DNA of 64,000 bases from Sarea resinae (GCA_026026165.1 JAPEUD010000009.1:62001-126000); one strand, 5' to 3'; numbered from the stretch's first letter, positions 25,675-40,150 are shown. A program made the numbers and translations. Notes: generated from the sequence alone by a model not told the origin.

Positions 25675-28600
25675 ATGGCCTCAGTGCAGCCTGCTCAGCA
25701 AGTCCCTATGGGCGGCATGTCTCTTCCTCCCAACCTTACCCAGCAACATGTGAAAGATGTTTATCAGGTCTGTCTTCAGTCGTCGCGACATCAGAAGTAG
25801 CAATGCTAATGTCCACTGCAGAAATTCCAACAGATGAAACAGCAAAATGTTCGCGAGGATGATCCCGAATACATCAAGGCCTACAACCTCTTGTCGATGG
25901 TCTCCCAGCAGCAGATGTTTGCCAAACAGAGGATTGCCGCTCAACAACGCCAGCAACAGACGCAACAGCAGGCGCAGCAACACCAACAGCAGCCACAGCC
26001 GCAGCAGAACGGCTTTGCTCCGCAGCCTGCGACCAACGGAGTCAATGGTAGGACGCGTTCATGTGATTCTCCAACTATGCTAATCGCGATCAGGTCGAAA
26101 TGCGCACACCCCCTCAAGTGTCCCTCAACCTCCCACCAACCAACCACCGATAGGCGCTGCTCTTCAACAGTCAAACCCACAAGCGGCCAACGCAGTCAAC
26201 AATAACAACTCCCAGAAGGCCGGTGCGCCTCCAAGCAACAGCTTCACCCCGGAACAACTGTCCATCTTGCGCCAGCAGATTCTCGCCTTCAAACTTTTAT
26301 CAAAAAATCTTGCTGTCCCCCCACACGTTCAGCAGCAACTCTTCCCTTCGCAACAGTCGAAACGAACTGCGTCTCCTGCAGAATCGGTTAGTGCTGCTCG
26401 CGAGGCGTTTCACAAGGCTGTACAGGAGCAGCATGTTACGGATTCCGAGAAGGCGAGCCGCACTTCAAAGCAGCGTGATGGCTACGAAACTTTCACTTCG
26501 CCATATTCTCACTTGCAAAAGTTCATCGGCTATGCAGATCATGGCTCTCGGGAAAAGAGACTATTGATCCCTAGCATCATGCCCTCTGGCGTCGACATTG
26601 ATCGCGTCCGGGAAGAGCGGGAACGTATCATCTACAACCGTATCACGGCGCGCAAAGCCGAGCTGGAGAAGCTTCCCGCCGACCTCGCAGTGTGGGATAC
26701 GAAGAGAAGTGATGCGCCTACTGCAGACGATTCCTTGAAGCTAAAGGCTTTGATTGAGTATAAGATGCTATGTCTCTTGCCAAGACAGCGCGCTCTCCGG
26801 CAGCAAGTCAGCAGAGAAATGGTGCAGATGGACAATCTCGCAATGACCGCCAATCGAGCCATGTATCGGAGAATGAAAAAGCAATCTCTTCGTGAAGCCC
26901 GGATCACCGAGAAACTCGAGAAGCAACAGCGTGATGCGCGCGAATCGAGAGAGAAGAAGAAGCATTACGATCACCTGCAGGCCGTTCTCAATCACGGACG
27001 TGACATACAGATGGCAGCGAGCAATCAGCGCGCTCGAGTGCAGAAGTTGGGTCGGATGATGGTGCAGCACCATCAGCACATCGAGAAGGAGGAGCAAAAG
27101 CGTGTGGAGAGAACAGCGAAGCAACGTCTGCAGGCCCTGAAAGCTAACGATGAGGAAACTTATATGAAGCTGCTCGGCCAAGCGAAGGATTCACGTATTT
27201 CGCACCTTCTCCAGCAGACCGATGGCTTCCTGAACCAGCTTGCAGCTTCGGTCAAAGAACAGCAACGCAGCGCGGCTGATAGATACGGCGATACCATGTA
27301 CGAAGAGGAGGTATCCGAAGAAGAGCTCGACCCAGAGGATGCCAGAAAGGTTGATTACTATCAAGTCGCTCACCGTATCAGAGAAGACGTTACAGAGCAG
27401 CCATCGATTCTCGTTGGAGGAACTTTGAAGGAATACCAGATCAAGGGCCTCCAATGGATGATTTCGCTCTACAATAACAACCTGAATGGTATATTGGCAG
27501 ACGAGATGGGCCTTGGAAAGACGATTCAAACAATTAGTTTGATCACGTACCTGATTGAGAAGAAGAAACAGAACGGGCCCTACCTCGTCATTGTACCCTT
27601 GAGTACACTTACCAATTGGAACCTTGAGTTCGAGAAGTGGGCGCCGTCGGTCAAGAGGATCGTCTACAAAGGACCACCGAACACTCGAAAGCAGCACGCT
27701 CAAACAATTCGATGGGGCGACTTTCAGGTTCTGCTCACAACCTACGAGTACATCATCAAAGATCGGCCGATCTTGAGTAAAGTCAAATGGCTCCATATGA
27801 TCGTCGACGAAGGTCATCGCATGAAGAATGCGCAGTCCAAGCTTAGCAGCACCCTCACTTCATATTACCAGACGAGATATCGACTTATTCTGACCGGTAC
27901 CCCTCTTCAGAATAACCTCCCCGAACTATGGGCGCTTCTGAACTTTGTGCTTCCTGCCATTTTCAAGTCTGTCAAGTCTTTCGATGAATGGTTCAACACG
28001 CCCTTCGCAAATACAGGCGGCCAAGATAAGATGGAGTTGACCGAAGAAGAACAACTACTCGTCATTCGTCGTTTGCACAAGGTTCTTCGTCCTTTCCTTC
28101 TCCGTCGTTTGAAGAAGGATGTCGAGAAGGACCTCCCAGAGAAGCAGGAACGAGTTATCAAGTGCAAGTTCTCCGCATTACAAGCAAGATTATACAAGCA
28201 ACTTCTCAATCACAACAGATTGGTTGTCAGCGATGGCAAAGGCGGAAGAACTGGCATTCGTGGGCTAAGCAACATGCTCATGCAACTACGCAAGCTTTGC
28301 AACCATCCTTTCGTCTTCGACGAGGTTGAGGAGCAGATGAATCCCGGAAAGAGCAATAATGACTTGCTCTGGCGTGTGGCTGGAAAGTTTGAGCTTCTCG
28401 ATCGAGTACTGCCGAAGTTCAAAGCGTCCGGGCACCGAGTCCTGATGTTCTTTCAGATGACACAAATCATGAATATCATGGAGGATTTCCTGCGCCTGCG
28501 CGGCATGCAATATCTTCGACTTGATGGATCCACAAAGTCAGATGACCGATCAGAGCTTCTCAAGCTTTTCAATGCCCCGAATTCAGAGTACTTCTGTTTC

Positions 28601-30151
28601 TTACTTTCTACACGTGCTGGTGGACTGGGTCTAAATCTCCAGACCGCGGATACCGTCATTATTTTCGATTCGGATTGGAATCCTCATCAAGATTTGCAAG
28701 CTCAGGATCGTGCTCATCGTATCGGTCAAAAGAATGAGGTTCGCATCATGCGTCTAATCAGTTCTAACTCGGTCGAAGAGAAGATTTTGGAGCGTGCTCA
28801 GTACAAGTTAGACATGGATGGCAAAGTCATTCAGGCTGGAAAGTTTGACAACAAGTCTACTAATGAGGAACGAGAAGCTCTCCTTAGAGTTATGTTAGAG
28901 ACTGCCGAGGCTTCAGAAAATCCGGAGCAAGATGACATGGACGATGACGATCTGAATGTGATCATGGCTCGATCAGACGATGAACTTATACAATTCCAAC
29001 AAATTGACGCAGCACGTGCCAAGGAGTCAGCCTATGGTCACGAGGATGGCTTACCTCGTCTCATGGGCGAGTCTGAATTGCCGGCTATTTATCTCATGGA
29101 TGATAATCCCGTCGTTGAAGAGATCGAAGAACTTGCTGGTCGTGGCGCCCGGGAACGCACACGCGTCAAGTACGATGACGGACTCACGGAAGAGCAGTGG
29201 GCAGAAGCCGTCGATAACGACGATGACACAATCGAGAACGCCATCGCACGGAAGGAGTCCAAGATTGCCAAACGCGCCACGAACAGAGAAAAGAAGTCGA
29301 GGAAGGGTGAAACCACTGAAGATACACCGCCGCCGGATCGCGACAGCTCCGAAACTCCTCAACCCAGGAAACGGGCGCGGAAGATGAAAGAAAAGCGGAA
29401 AGCAGATGAGGCTGCATTGGATGAGCCAGCGACCAAGCGTAGGCGTGGACGTAAAGTCACTTCTGCCGAGACTCTCAATCCCGAAGAGCGAGCTATCCAC
29501 CAAAAGATTTTCAATACCATTTATGACGCCCTGATGGACCTCGAAGTGCCTACGGATCCCCTTCCTTCAGGGGAAGAAGCTGTACGCGGTGTCATTGATC
29601 CTTTCCTCGCGAAGCCCTCAAAGATGATTTTCCCAGAATACTATGCCGTCATCAAGAATCCCATCTCAATGGCCGAGATCAAAAAACGCATCAAACAGGA
29701 AGATTATCAGAGCTTGAAGGAGTTCCGAGATGACTTCCGCCTCATGTGTAACAACGCGCGGACATTCAACGAAGACGCTAGCTTGCTCTTCCAAGATGCT
29801 AACACTATCGAGGTAAGTTATAAATCCTACGTCTATCTATCATTTGTTCATCAGGACCTTCGTAATTGACTCTTCTTTTTCTAGGCCGAAGTTGTTTCCA
29901 GGCTCAAACAAGAGACGGAGAAGTACCCAGAACTCGCTGACTTTGACGACGAGTCCTCTACCGCCGCAGATGGCCAGTCTACGGCTGCCGTCTCCAGCGT
30001 CGGCACACCGCTCGCTTCTAACGGTATCTCTGGTGCCGCCGCCACGCCGAAACTGAAGCTGAATTTCGCGAGAGCTTCACGCGTGAGCAATTCTGCTGGG
30101 GTTGGATCAAATGGTGGTGCGGATAGCGAGATGCAAAGTGACGATGAATAG
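25675..30151 (+). CDS. STH1: SWI2/SNF2-family chromatin-remodelling ATPase (Sth1/Snf21/Snf2 type), 4 exons
   Basis: Exons 25675-25767, 25821-26047, 26094-29812 and 29885-30151. QLQ domain (EQLSILRQQILAFKLL), HSA, Walker A GILADEMGLGKT, DEGH box, QAQDRAHRIGQ, SnAC and bromodomain (EYYAVIKNPISM...NNARTFNE). Confidence 0.95.
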
Positions 30152-31022
30152 ATGACAAGCAGTGATGCGACTGGGGTATGGAGAAGCTCGTGTTTTCCCT
30201 TTTCTGGCGCAAGGTATGGACTGTATGGTGGCGCTTCGCGGTCGAAGCCTGGTTGTTCGCTCATGGATGGTGTACGATGGAGGGGAGAGCTTGGGAGAAC
30301 GTGGGTGGGAGTAATCATCGTCCACGGTCTTCTTTTCATTTTCTTCTATTCTGCCACTGTATTTTTGCCGTGTGTTCTTAAAGCTCTTCGTACTAGAAAA
30401 AGCATGCATACAAGAATGCATCCTGAACGCTAGCACGACCAGATGATGTTTAGCTAATACTGTAAGACCTGGGTGCTTTTGACTCGATCGAGTATGGAAG
30501 TCCCGCCCATTACTCGATCCCACCGTCGCTGGCACGGGTAAGGATCAGCCGGCAGAAAAGGGCAAGGCTCTAGAATGTGTGGAAAGAATCGTCTGGGCCG
30601 TGCAGAGAAGGGGCAATTCTCGGGGGGACTGCAAGCCAATGGCAGCCCACGTTTTGCGTGCTGACCTCCTCAAGTCCACCACCTTGCATTTTGTGGGGTA
30701 GGATGTAGTATCCTGTACCGCGATTAACGAGCAAGCCACTGCAAAGTAGAGGTATACTCTACACTTCGGCACCTGCAGCCGACACCGCCTCGGCCCTTAC
30801 CCGTACATTTTCTCACTTTTCATGCTTATGTAATACTGATTCCCCCCCATCGAGTCGTGCATCTTATTCGACTCACGTACTCATACCCATTTCCTTCGCC
30901 TCCTTCACACAAAAGCCCTCTCGTTCTCAGTGGAACGGGCATCTATTCTGTATACCTCCTATCAATTGCGAGATATTTCCTTAACCATCCTTGGAGTTGG
31001 CAATCTACCATCCATCTTCATC

Positions 31023-32922
31023 ATGGATGCCATTCTACGTCAATCGCGCTCTATGTGCCCTTTTCTCCAGAAGACGTCACCCGCCACTTTGCGCTCTCTG
31101 TCGACGGCCACTGTTCGTGAATCTTCTCCTGGCGGAGGCACCATCTCGAACCTCCAGGTCCTAGCCCGTCGTTGCCCCGTGATGGGCAAGGCCCTCGCTG
31201 TGCAGAGCTCCAAGGCTGGTTCAAATGTCTTTGGTGGGGTATATGGAGGGGTGAGGACCTACCACAGCAAGGCTCGCCTGCATACGACCAGGGCCAAGGA
31301 AGCTCGGGCCGTCGATGTGTCTATGTTGGGACAGCAGAAGAAGGGTTAGATGCCTCTTGACAATGCCAATGACAAACAGCTAACTCGGTCATTTAGCTGC
31401 TTGCCCTCACGCAAGTAAGCAGGCTGCCAGCCCCCACCACGCTTCAGCCGCGGCTCAACCCCACCATGCTACTCCCAAGTTCGACTACGAGGGCTTCTAC
31501 AATGCGGAACTCGAGAAGAAGCACAAGGATAAGTCCTACCGTTACTTCAACAACATTAATCGCTTGGCCAAGGAGTTTCCTCGAGCTCACATGGCGGCCA
31601 AGGACGAGCGTGTGACGGTTTGGTGCTCCAACGACTACCTTGGCATGGGCCGCAACCCCCAGGTTCTGAAGCGAATGCACGAGACGCTTGACATGTATGG
31701 TGCCGGTGCCGGAGGGACAAGAAATATCTCTGGACACAATCAGCATGCTATTGGCCTAGAAGGGACCGTCGCAAAACTCCACGCTAAAGAGGCAGCTTTG
31801 GTCTTTTCGTCTTGCTATGTTGCCAACGACGCCACTCTTGCTACGCTTGGCAGTAAGCTTCCGGATTGCGTTATCCTCTCGGACAGTCTGAATCATGCTT
31901 CAATGATTCAAGGCATCCGGCATTCTGGTGCCCGTAAAATGGTTTTCCGACACAATGATCTTGCCGATCTCGAGGCCAAGCTTGCGTCCTTGCCCTCGGA
32001 AACCCCAAAGATCATTGCCTTTGAGAGTGTCTATAGCATGTGTGGCTCTATCGCCCCTATAGAAGCCATCTGCGATCTTGCCGATAAATACGGCGCCATT
32101 ACCTTTCTCGACGAAGTTCATGCCGTAGGCATGTATGGACCGCACGGTGCAGGTGTTGCCGAACACCTCGACTATGACGCCCACGTGGCCGGTAAGCCCG
32201 AAAACACCGTCATGGACCGCATCGACATCATCACCGGTACACTAGGCAAAGCCTATGGCTGCGTCGGCGGATACATCGCCGGCACTGCCAAAATGGTCGA
32301 TGCCATCCGTTCGCTCGCCCCTGGTTTCATATTCACTACCTCCCTTCCGCCGGCGACCATGGCCGGCGCCGAAACAGCCATCGAATACCAGATGGCATAC
32401 CAAGGAGACCGTCGTCTTCAGCAACTACATACTCGCGCCGTCAAGGAGTCCTTGAATCAAAACGACATTCCTGTTATTCCAAATCCGTCTCATATCGTTC
32501 CTCTGCTTGTCGGCAACGCCGAACTCGCCAAGGAAGCCTCGGATCTTCTTCTCGACCAACACGACATCTACGTGCAAGCCATCAACTACCCCACCGTGCC
32601 GGTCGGCCAAGAGCGACTCCGCATTACGCCTACGCCGGGTCACACACGCGAGTACCGCGAACATCTCGTCCAGGCCATCGAAGCTGTCTGGAACCAGCTG
32701 GACCTCAAGCGCACGTCTGACTGGGCAGCCCAAGGCGGCTTTATTGGCGTCGGTGAGCCTGCGGGTCCGAAGGAGCAGGAACCACTGTGGACGGACAAGC
32801 AGTTGGGATTGGATGGTGTTGTTGAGGAGATGCGAGCCGGACAGGGCGCCGTGGGCGTCATGGAGGCCGTCTTGGAGAGGGAAAGAGAGGAAACGGCTAG
32901 GGTTGTTGGGAGCGTAGCTTAA
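31023..32922 (+). CDS. HEM1: Mitochondrial 5-aminolevulinate synthase, 2 exons
   Basis: Intron 31345-31396. Motifs [45 protein letters not shown] and the PLP lysine in GTLGKAYG. Confidence 0.97.
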
Positions 32923-33849
32923 ATGCCGCTCTCGCCCCATCGTTTCAGGCGCCGTCCTAGTTGGGGTTCTCGGCAGCCGTATGAGATCACGGATTTGATC
33001 CATCCTCTCCTTTCCACATTCATTTACCCGTCTTGGCTTCTTTCTCATTGGAAAGAGAAAGAGATTGCGGGGTTTGTTCACTTCTATAGCGTATGTATGC
33101 GTTCGTGTGCGTGCGTGCGTGCGTGCGTCCGTGCTTTGGTGTCTCCCATCTAAGCCGTGCAGCGACTGCCATCTTACCATACTATACTTTTTGCCTTTGC
33201 AGCTTTGCCTTTGCGCCATCTATCTGTGCATTCGATGATCACATAGAAATCGGACGAGATAGATACGGTAGCTAGCCCGGCTCAAATATATCGGTATCTT
33301 TGATGACCAAAACTATGTTCGATTCGAGGTCAAAACCTCTGTATGCGTGTGACCTTGTTCTCTTCTCTCTTCCGGCGTCCCATCTCAGGCCGACTGGACC
33401 TGTCCAAGTGTAGACTCTCACTGTTGTCTCGCTGGTAGTTGAGAGCGGGAGGGGCCTGGGAGCCGAGGCGATAAGATTGATAAGATTGATAAGATAACAG
33501 CGCAGGAATGGAAAGCTGGAGCACGGAGCAATGACGTCTTCAGCCTTCGTTCCCCCGAGTAAGTCTGACAGACACCCCCGACAGCCATCGACGCCTGGAG
33601 CTTCGACCTGCTCTTGTCACTGTCTGTCAATGCCAATTGCTCCCTCGATCTTATTCTGACACAGACTGTTTCTTTCATACCGCTACTTGTAAGCTGCAAG
33701 GGGAAACACTACAGGGAAATACTACACCACCAACGACAACTGCAATTGCAATAGCACCCTCCCTTTCCTCACTATAATCCTCAATCACCATCACCACCAC
33801 CAGAAGCGCCACTAGAGCCACGTCCAACACCCGTACCCGCACCCGCAAA

Positions 33850-35043
33850 ATGGCCACCCCAATCCCCCTGCGCATCCTCCCCCAACGCAGCATGCCCCTC
33901 CGTCTCCACCTCCCCCAACTCCTCCAACACCACCCCTTCCGCCTCCTCCGTCCCCTCCTGCGCAGCACGGCCCCCCACCGCGTCGCCAAACCCACGCCGT
34001 CTCGCACGCTGGGCCTCGGTCTCGGGCTCGGCGCCAGCGGGCTCTGGGCCGCGCATTCGTTCTTCAGCCCCGCGAACGGGCAGATTTTGCGCTGTGAGGG
34101 GTTGATGTCGTCGTCGTCGTCTTCATCATCATTGGGAACGGCAGCGGGTGGGAAAGGGGTGTTTGAGGGGCAGGGAGAGGAGAGGGGGATAGGGGCAGGG
34201 AGGAAGGACGGAGAGGCCTGGTTGACGGGGGCGACGATCCGACAGTTGAGTATGGGGAGTGTTTTAGGTGCGTTTTATGCCGCTTTGTTTGGATCTGTGT
34301 TTCGCCTGTCTGTCTCATCAATTGATAAAACACCATCAATCCAAACACCACCTTCCATACCTCAGCCTACTCCATCACGCTCTCACTCACTCACTCGCTC
34401 TCCCAACTCTTTGAACCTCTGCACTCTTCCCAATCCAAACCGAGTACCCAAACCTACGAACACAGATCAAAAGAGTCCACTGAGCTAACCCGTATCTATT
34501 TCCGGAACATCATCGCAGGCGTCATAGGCGGCCTGACCCTCTCCGCTTTCTCGCGTCCGTTGGCTATTCTACTGGGTCTGTTCATCTTCACCGTCCAGGT
34601 ATGTTCCCTTTTCTTCTTTCGTTTTCCGTGTCTTCCTTTCTCCACCCATCTGTCTCTGCTCTCTTTCCCGCCTCATAAGATAGCCTACCACGACTCCGCC
34701 CCCTTCCTCTCCCCCCACTCTCTCTACCGCAAATACTCCACACCCACACCCGTTCTTTCACCCTCACCCTCACCCTCACCCTCACCTCCCCCCTCCCCAT
34801 CCCACCGCCCCAACCAACCATTCCAACCGCCAACCCACCAACCAAACATCCACTAACATCCCCCCCTCTCCCTTCTTTCCTACAATACAGGCAGCCTCAA
34901 CCCGCAACATCCACTTGGTGCCCTACAAGCGCCTGCAGCACTACGTCCAGGGCATGGACCTGCACGCCGCCCTCTACGAGCGCCCGGCGCTGAAGATGAG
35001 CTTCGGGCTGGCGTTTGCGCTGGCGGCTTTTGCGGAATTGTGA
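33850..35043 (+). CDS. FUN14: FUN14-family mitochondrial membrane protein, 3 exons
   Basis: Exons 33850-34267, 34519-34598 and 34891-35043 splice in frame: presequence, RQLSMGSVLGVIGGLTLSAFSRPLAILLGL, ending KMSFGLAFALAAFAEL*. Confidence 0.8.
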
Positions 35044-35049
35044 TTTCGA

Positions 35050-36020
35050 CGGGGGTGTGGGTTGGGAGTGTGGGCGGTGATTGGGGGCGGAAGGGGAGGG
35101 GGACGGGAAGGGAGGGGGAGGGGCAAGGGGAAGGAGGAAGGGATAGGAAGGTTGGGCTGGGGTGGAGCGGGAGGAGGATGGGGGATGGTGGGTGGGTAGA
35201 AAAAAGGACCGTGGGACCGAGTCGCGAACCCAAAAAGGAAGAGGAGGAGAAGGATCAGCATGGGAGCAAAAAACATACCAAAACACGGTAGAAAAAGGCC
35301 CCCCAAAAATCAAGGGAGACAAAGAAAGGAAGTACAGGAACACACACAACGAGTCAATGTGAACACCGCCCCCCCAACCAGCTCAGCTCCAGCTCAGGCT
35401 TCAGTTCAGCTTGGGCTTGGGCTTCAGTTTGGGGAGATCTCTTGTACCTACTCACCTATCTATACCGTTAGATTCCCCCCCTCCTATCCCGTTTTGAAGT
35501 TTCCCCTCCCTGAGATCTATCGTTTCGAATTGGGGGGGGGGTCACAGGAGAAGTGTGGATGAGGCTTGTGATGTGTAGTAAAGAAAGAGAAGAGATAAAG
35601 GGGTAGGAGGGGGGGGAAGAGGGGGTTCAACCCGTCGATTGAAGTCTAAAAGTTTTGGAAGGGTGTGTTTGGTTTTTGTCAACAATTAATGGTCGATGGT
35701 CGACGAAAAAATAAGGGGGAGGAAGACGGGAGAAGGACGGAGGTTGTTATGGTTGGTATTGTATGGTGGTATTTTCATTGTTACTGTTACCGGTAGTAAC
35801 CTCCGTAAAGCTGGCAGGCTGGCAGATAGACAGACAGACAGGTAGACAGACAGATAGAAGAAGCTAGGCAGATATCTCTTCCAGCCCGACTCGTCTGTCT
35901 ATCTTACCCAGCCACCTGCCCAGCTCCCCAGCTACCTACCTGCCTAGCTAATTCGCTACATAAGGTAGGCATGTTATCTATCCCATGCTATCCTATCATA
36001 TCATATCATATTCCATCTCA
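35050..36020. repeat. G-rich and microsatellite tract between convergent FUN14 and importin genes
   Basis: Dense GGG runs at 35050-35200, then (CAGA)n, (ATATC)n and poly-G runs. Confidence 0.7.
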
Positions 36021-36041
36021 TCTACAGGCACCCTGCGTCGT

Positions 36042-39000
36042 CTAGGAAGAAGAAGCGTACGCAAAACCCGTGCCGCGACAGGCGATCCAGAAATCCTTGA
36101 CGGCCTGGTTCGTGCCCTTGGCGCCTCGAAGACTGTGATCGGCGCAGGTTAGCTATAGATGAACGAAGGTGGGGCAGTCAAGAGATGATGTATGTATGCA
36201 TGTATGTATGCATGTATGTAGGTATTGAGTTCAGGGATAAACGAAAGGTCAGGAGGGGATCAGAGCCAACATACCTCATCACCTTGAGCAACCAAGCCCT
36301 CTTATCAGCAGCCCCCACTTTGGCGGTAGCGGGGAAGTCGGCGTCGAAGAGCGCGGCCTCGATCCAGGCTTTGGCGCGCGCTTGGCGGAAGATCAGCTTC
36401 TTGAACGGCTCGGTCACCGTGTCGAGTTCGCTGCGGGCGCCCTCGCCGCTGATGTGCCGGATCAGCGCCTTCGTCAGCTGCGGGCCCAGATGCGCCATTA
36501 TGCCGTTGATGGAGGATTGCAGTGGGGGCGGTTGATCGGCGAGGACGACAAAGGAGGACTAGGAAAGAGGTTTCTTTCGTTAGAGGTATATTTTGTGGGT
36601 AGAGGAATGAATGAATGGATGGATGGATGGAAAGATGGATGGATGGAAAGATGTGTGGATGGGAAGATGGGTGGATGGAAAGGTGCATGGAGGGACCTAC
36701 CCAGAAACTGGCGGCAGAGCGCTTGGGAAGGATATCGTCGCCCCTTAGACACGCGATCGTGAACAAGAATAGGAATTCGAGCGCATCTGGTCGGCCGGGC
36801 CGGAGGAGGACGCTGAGGTAGCGCGGGATGAGTCTGGTGACGACGTCGACGCAGCTGCATGCGATTTCGGGATCTTTGTCTGGAGCTTTTATATTTGTCA
36901 GCTTGGCTCATTGCATGCAATGACAGATGGATGAGATGCTTACTGCCAAGACCCTGCATCAATCCAATTGCGTGCATGCAGAGCGCCTCTGCCTCGTCGT
37001 CGATTCGCTGAGACGCTTCTCTGAGATGAGTTGTAAGAAGCACGCAGGCGGTGGTCAAGACGAAATCCACTCGGGGAGTGTTGAGTCCGCTCTTCAGGAC
37101 GAAATCGACGGTGACCCTTGCAGGAAAGACAAAGGGCCCCGGAGTCGTCTCCTTGAACCCGGTCCTCAGGACATGGCAGGCCGCTTCAATGACTTCACCA
37201 TCCCAGCTCAGCGCTCCGGTGAGTGTGTTGATATCATTCACGATCCGCTCTTGTATTGAAAGTCCTGTTCCAAGATCCCAGAAAGTGGAGCGAGCAGTGC
37301 TGTCATCAAGGTCGACGGGAACATCATCTGGTGCCTGTAGAGCTTTGCCCATGCTAGCAAGACAACCAAGGGCCGTAAGACCGGCATTTCGACCTGCCTC
37401 AACATCTCCGTTCGATAGGGAAGTGAGACAGCTGCTAACATCTTGCTCGACAAAGTTTAGGAGTTCCTGTATGGGCTCTGCTTTCGCATCTTCTGATGGG
37501 AGGGCTTCAATAATAGCCGCAATAGCCCCTATGACTTTTTCCTTTGTGAATTGATCGGCGCTTGGCCAAGCGAGGAAAAACCCATACTGCTGAAGAAAAG
37601 CGCCAAGCTCAGAAGTGAGGGACATCCGACATGATGAGCACAACGAAGATATTGACTTGGAGGCAGGTACAGCTAGCGCCGGAGATCGCAGAGAAGTGAA
37701 TAGGAAATTAAGCGCCGAAGGCAGATGCTCCATATGCCGTTCAAAGAACGAACAATAGTGCCCTAGCATGTTCACTGCGGTCTGTCGTGCTTTGGCAGGT
37801 ATGGCTGCTTCTGGGTCGGATAAGCTAGGAAACATTGCAGAGCCAAAAACGCGTGCCAGGATGGCATCCTCGGGGCCATCCTCCGGGATAGAATCAGCCA
37901 GGGCATTTAGACAGAACAGTGTGGCTTCGACGTCGTCCCATGCGCCCTTTTCTAGAGAGACAAGAACCAAGTTCCCCAATCTCTCAAAAAGATCAAGACC
38001 TAGAACTGTGTAGGACGACTGTAATAAATCGTTCACGTCTCTCCTGAATTCCTGGAAGCCCCGCCGCGTATCTGCATCCCAGGTGACCAAGATATCCGGT
38101 GGTGGAAGGCGAACCTTTGCCCAGCATTCTTCAATTGCTTGAAGGACGTGGTTCTTTGCGGGATGGGTCCAAGGTGCTTGCTTTTCACCATCTGCGAACG
38201 AAGAATCGATCATGAACTCGATATATGTGTTCCAGAATTCCAAGGCAGAAACACATATTTCATCCTCCGCAACAGCTCGGCCTTCGCAGCGAAGGAGGTC
38301 ATGCAGCATTTGCATGAAGCTCTGCGAGTTGGGATCATCTGGATTTTTGATCAGATCCTGAACGATGGCGTCGCCGAGTGCTAAAATGAATCTCCCAAAT
38401 TGGAGTAAATCGAAGTCGAAATCACCACCCTTGAGTCGAGAGAGCCGATCCTGTGCCCAGGGACTATTGAGAAGGGCGAACAAGATCTGGAAGTGCTCCG
38501 CTGTGAAGAACGAAGAGAAACTGGCTAGAGTGTCAGTCAGCATGTCGATCGTGGCTTCGAAAAGCTCATCGTCCATTAGGCATTCAACTGCAGCTGGTGT
38601 GACTGATCGCAGCATCGCCAAGGAGGTCCCAGACTCTCGATCAAGCTTGCTCTGTCCTAAGACGAGCCATGACTATGGAAATGTTAGTGACCTCGCTTCA
38701 ACGTGACACAGACACATACATGGTAGCACTTGATACTTTCTTGATTCAGCTTTGTGCCTTCTTTTGAGGCCATGGCGGCTTTGATGAGCGCGACTGCATC
38801 AGCAACGTTCATCTCTATTTTCTCTTGAAGTTCGTAGCTAATTCTCTTAGCATTCAGGCGCAGCGATAATCTGATAGAAACGCATAGTAGTGACTTACAG
38901 CTTCTGCGCCCCAACGTTGATCTTCTCCAGCTCGTCAACAAGCGTCGAGCTGAACCAGATCGCAGCAAGGTATTGCTGAGGGTTCAGCTGATTCATCAGC

Positions 39001-39600
39001 TCCGGCGTGCTCGGGAACTGTCCAATGCTGTCCTCTGCAATCGTCTCACCAACGCACAAGCAGCAGAGTAGATGCCGGATGCATCGTGCCCAAGGCGCTT
39101 TGGGCCGGAGAAAGAAGGCCACTAGACTTGAGCATAGCTTCTTGATGACCAAAGAGCCTTCACCTTGAGACACGAGTCGGATAAACCATGATATCAGTCT
39201 GGTCAGTAGAGGCTGGATGCTGTCCTCATCAAGCGATTCCCTACATGTCCGCGTAAGCTTCGGTTTCTCATCAGATCTTTCGGCAGCTTACCAGTCGGAG
39301 TTCAACTTCACTGTAAATGTCAGCGCCCCGAAGAACCTGACATTGATATCGGCGCTGCCCAAGAGGGTGTCGGCCAGTTGCCAGCCTTCAGGTGAACGTT
39401 GCAACCTCTGAAGAGTCTCCTGGATCCTGCCTATCAGAGCCGGAGAGCCCGGCGAGTAGAGCTGCTTCACCAGCTGTCAAGAATTGCGGGTCAGTGAACG
39501 AGACCTGATGGGTGCGCTTGACGATGCGGCCTACCTGCTCCACCTCAGCAATCGAGGTCGGCGTGGGGATAGCATCGTGGTGAGGATGCTCAGAGACCAT
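36042..39600 (-). CDS. Importin-beta family karyopherin (importin-13/Kap122-like), multi-exon
   Basis: N-terminal [39 protein letters not shown] (importin-beta N domain), HEAT-like helical body ([10 protein letters not shown]), and C-terminal [15 protein letters not shown] and [29 protein letters not shown] (stop 36044-36042). An in-frame ATG at 39621 is an alternative start. Confidence 0.85.
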
Positions 39601-40150
39601 GGCCGTCTGTCTTTCCGACATTTGTAAGTGAGTGGTCAGAGCTCTGATGGTTTGGGAGAAGGACAGAAGACTCTGTTGAGGCTGAAATGGCCACGACGGT
39701 GTGACGGCGCTTGCAACTTCTCAGATGCACTCAGACCGACATGGACGTGAGATCATATTGTGCAGGTGGTTCGTCAGTAGTGATGCCGAGAAAAGAGAAA
39801 ACTCGTCCGATCCGTCCAGTGCGTCCAGTGCGTCCAGTGCGTCGAATTCGTTCCTCCATATGCGTTGAGGCTCTGAACTCGCACGCTCATGTGACGTGAA
39901 CCGGCCGTGGGTTTGAAGATCGAGGCTTGAGGTTTGAGGTTCGAGGTTCGGCGTGTTGGCGATGATGCTGCATCTCGACGTTCTAATAATCGCGCTCTCG
40001 CATACCATACTCTCGCTATGATTTGAGCTCGTTTGATATCCACACCCCACGCATTTGATCAATAGTCGATGACAGTCGCTGATAGTCGCTGCAACGTCCA
40101 CGGCACGCAATTGCCTGCCCTCCTCATCCGTATATAGCCGTGCCCACTCA

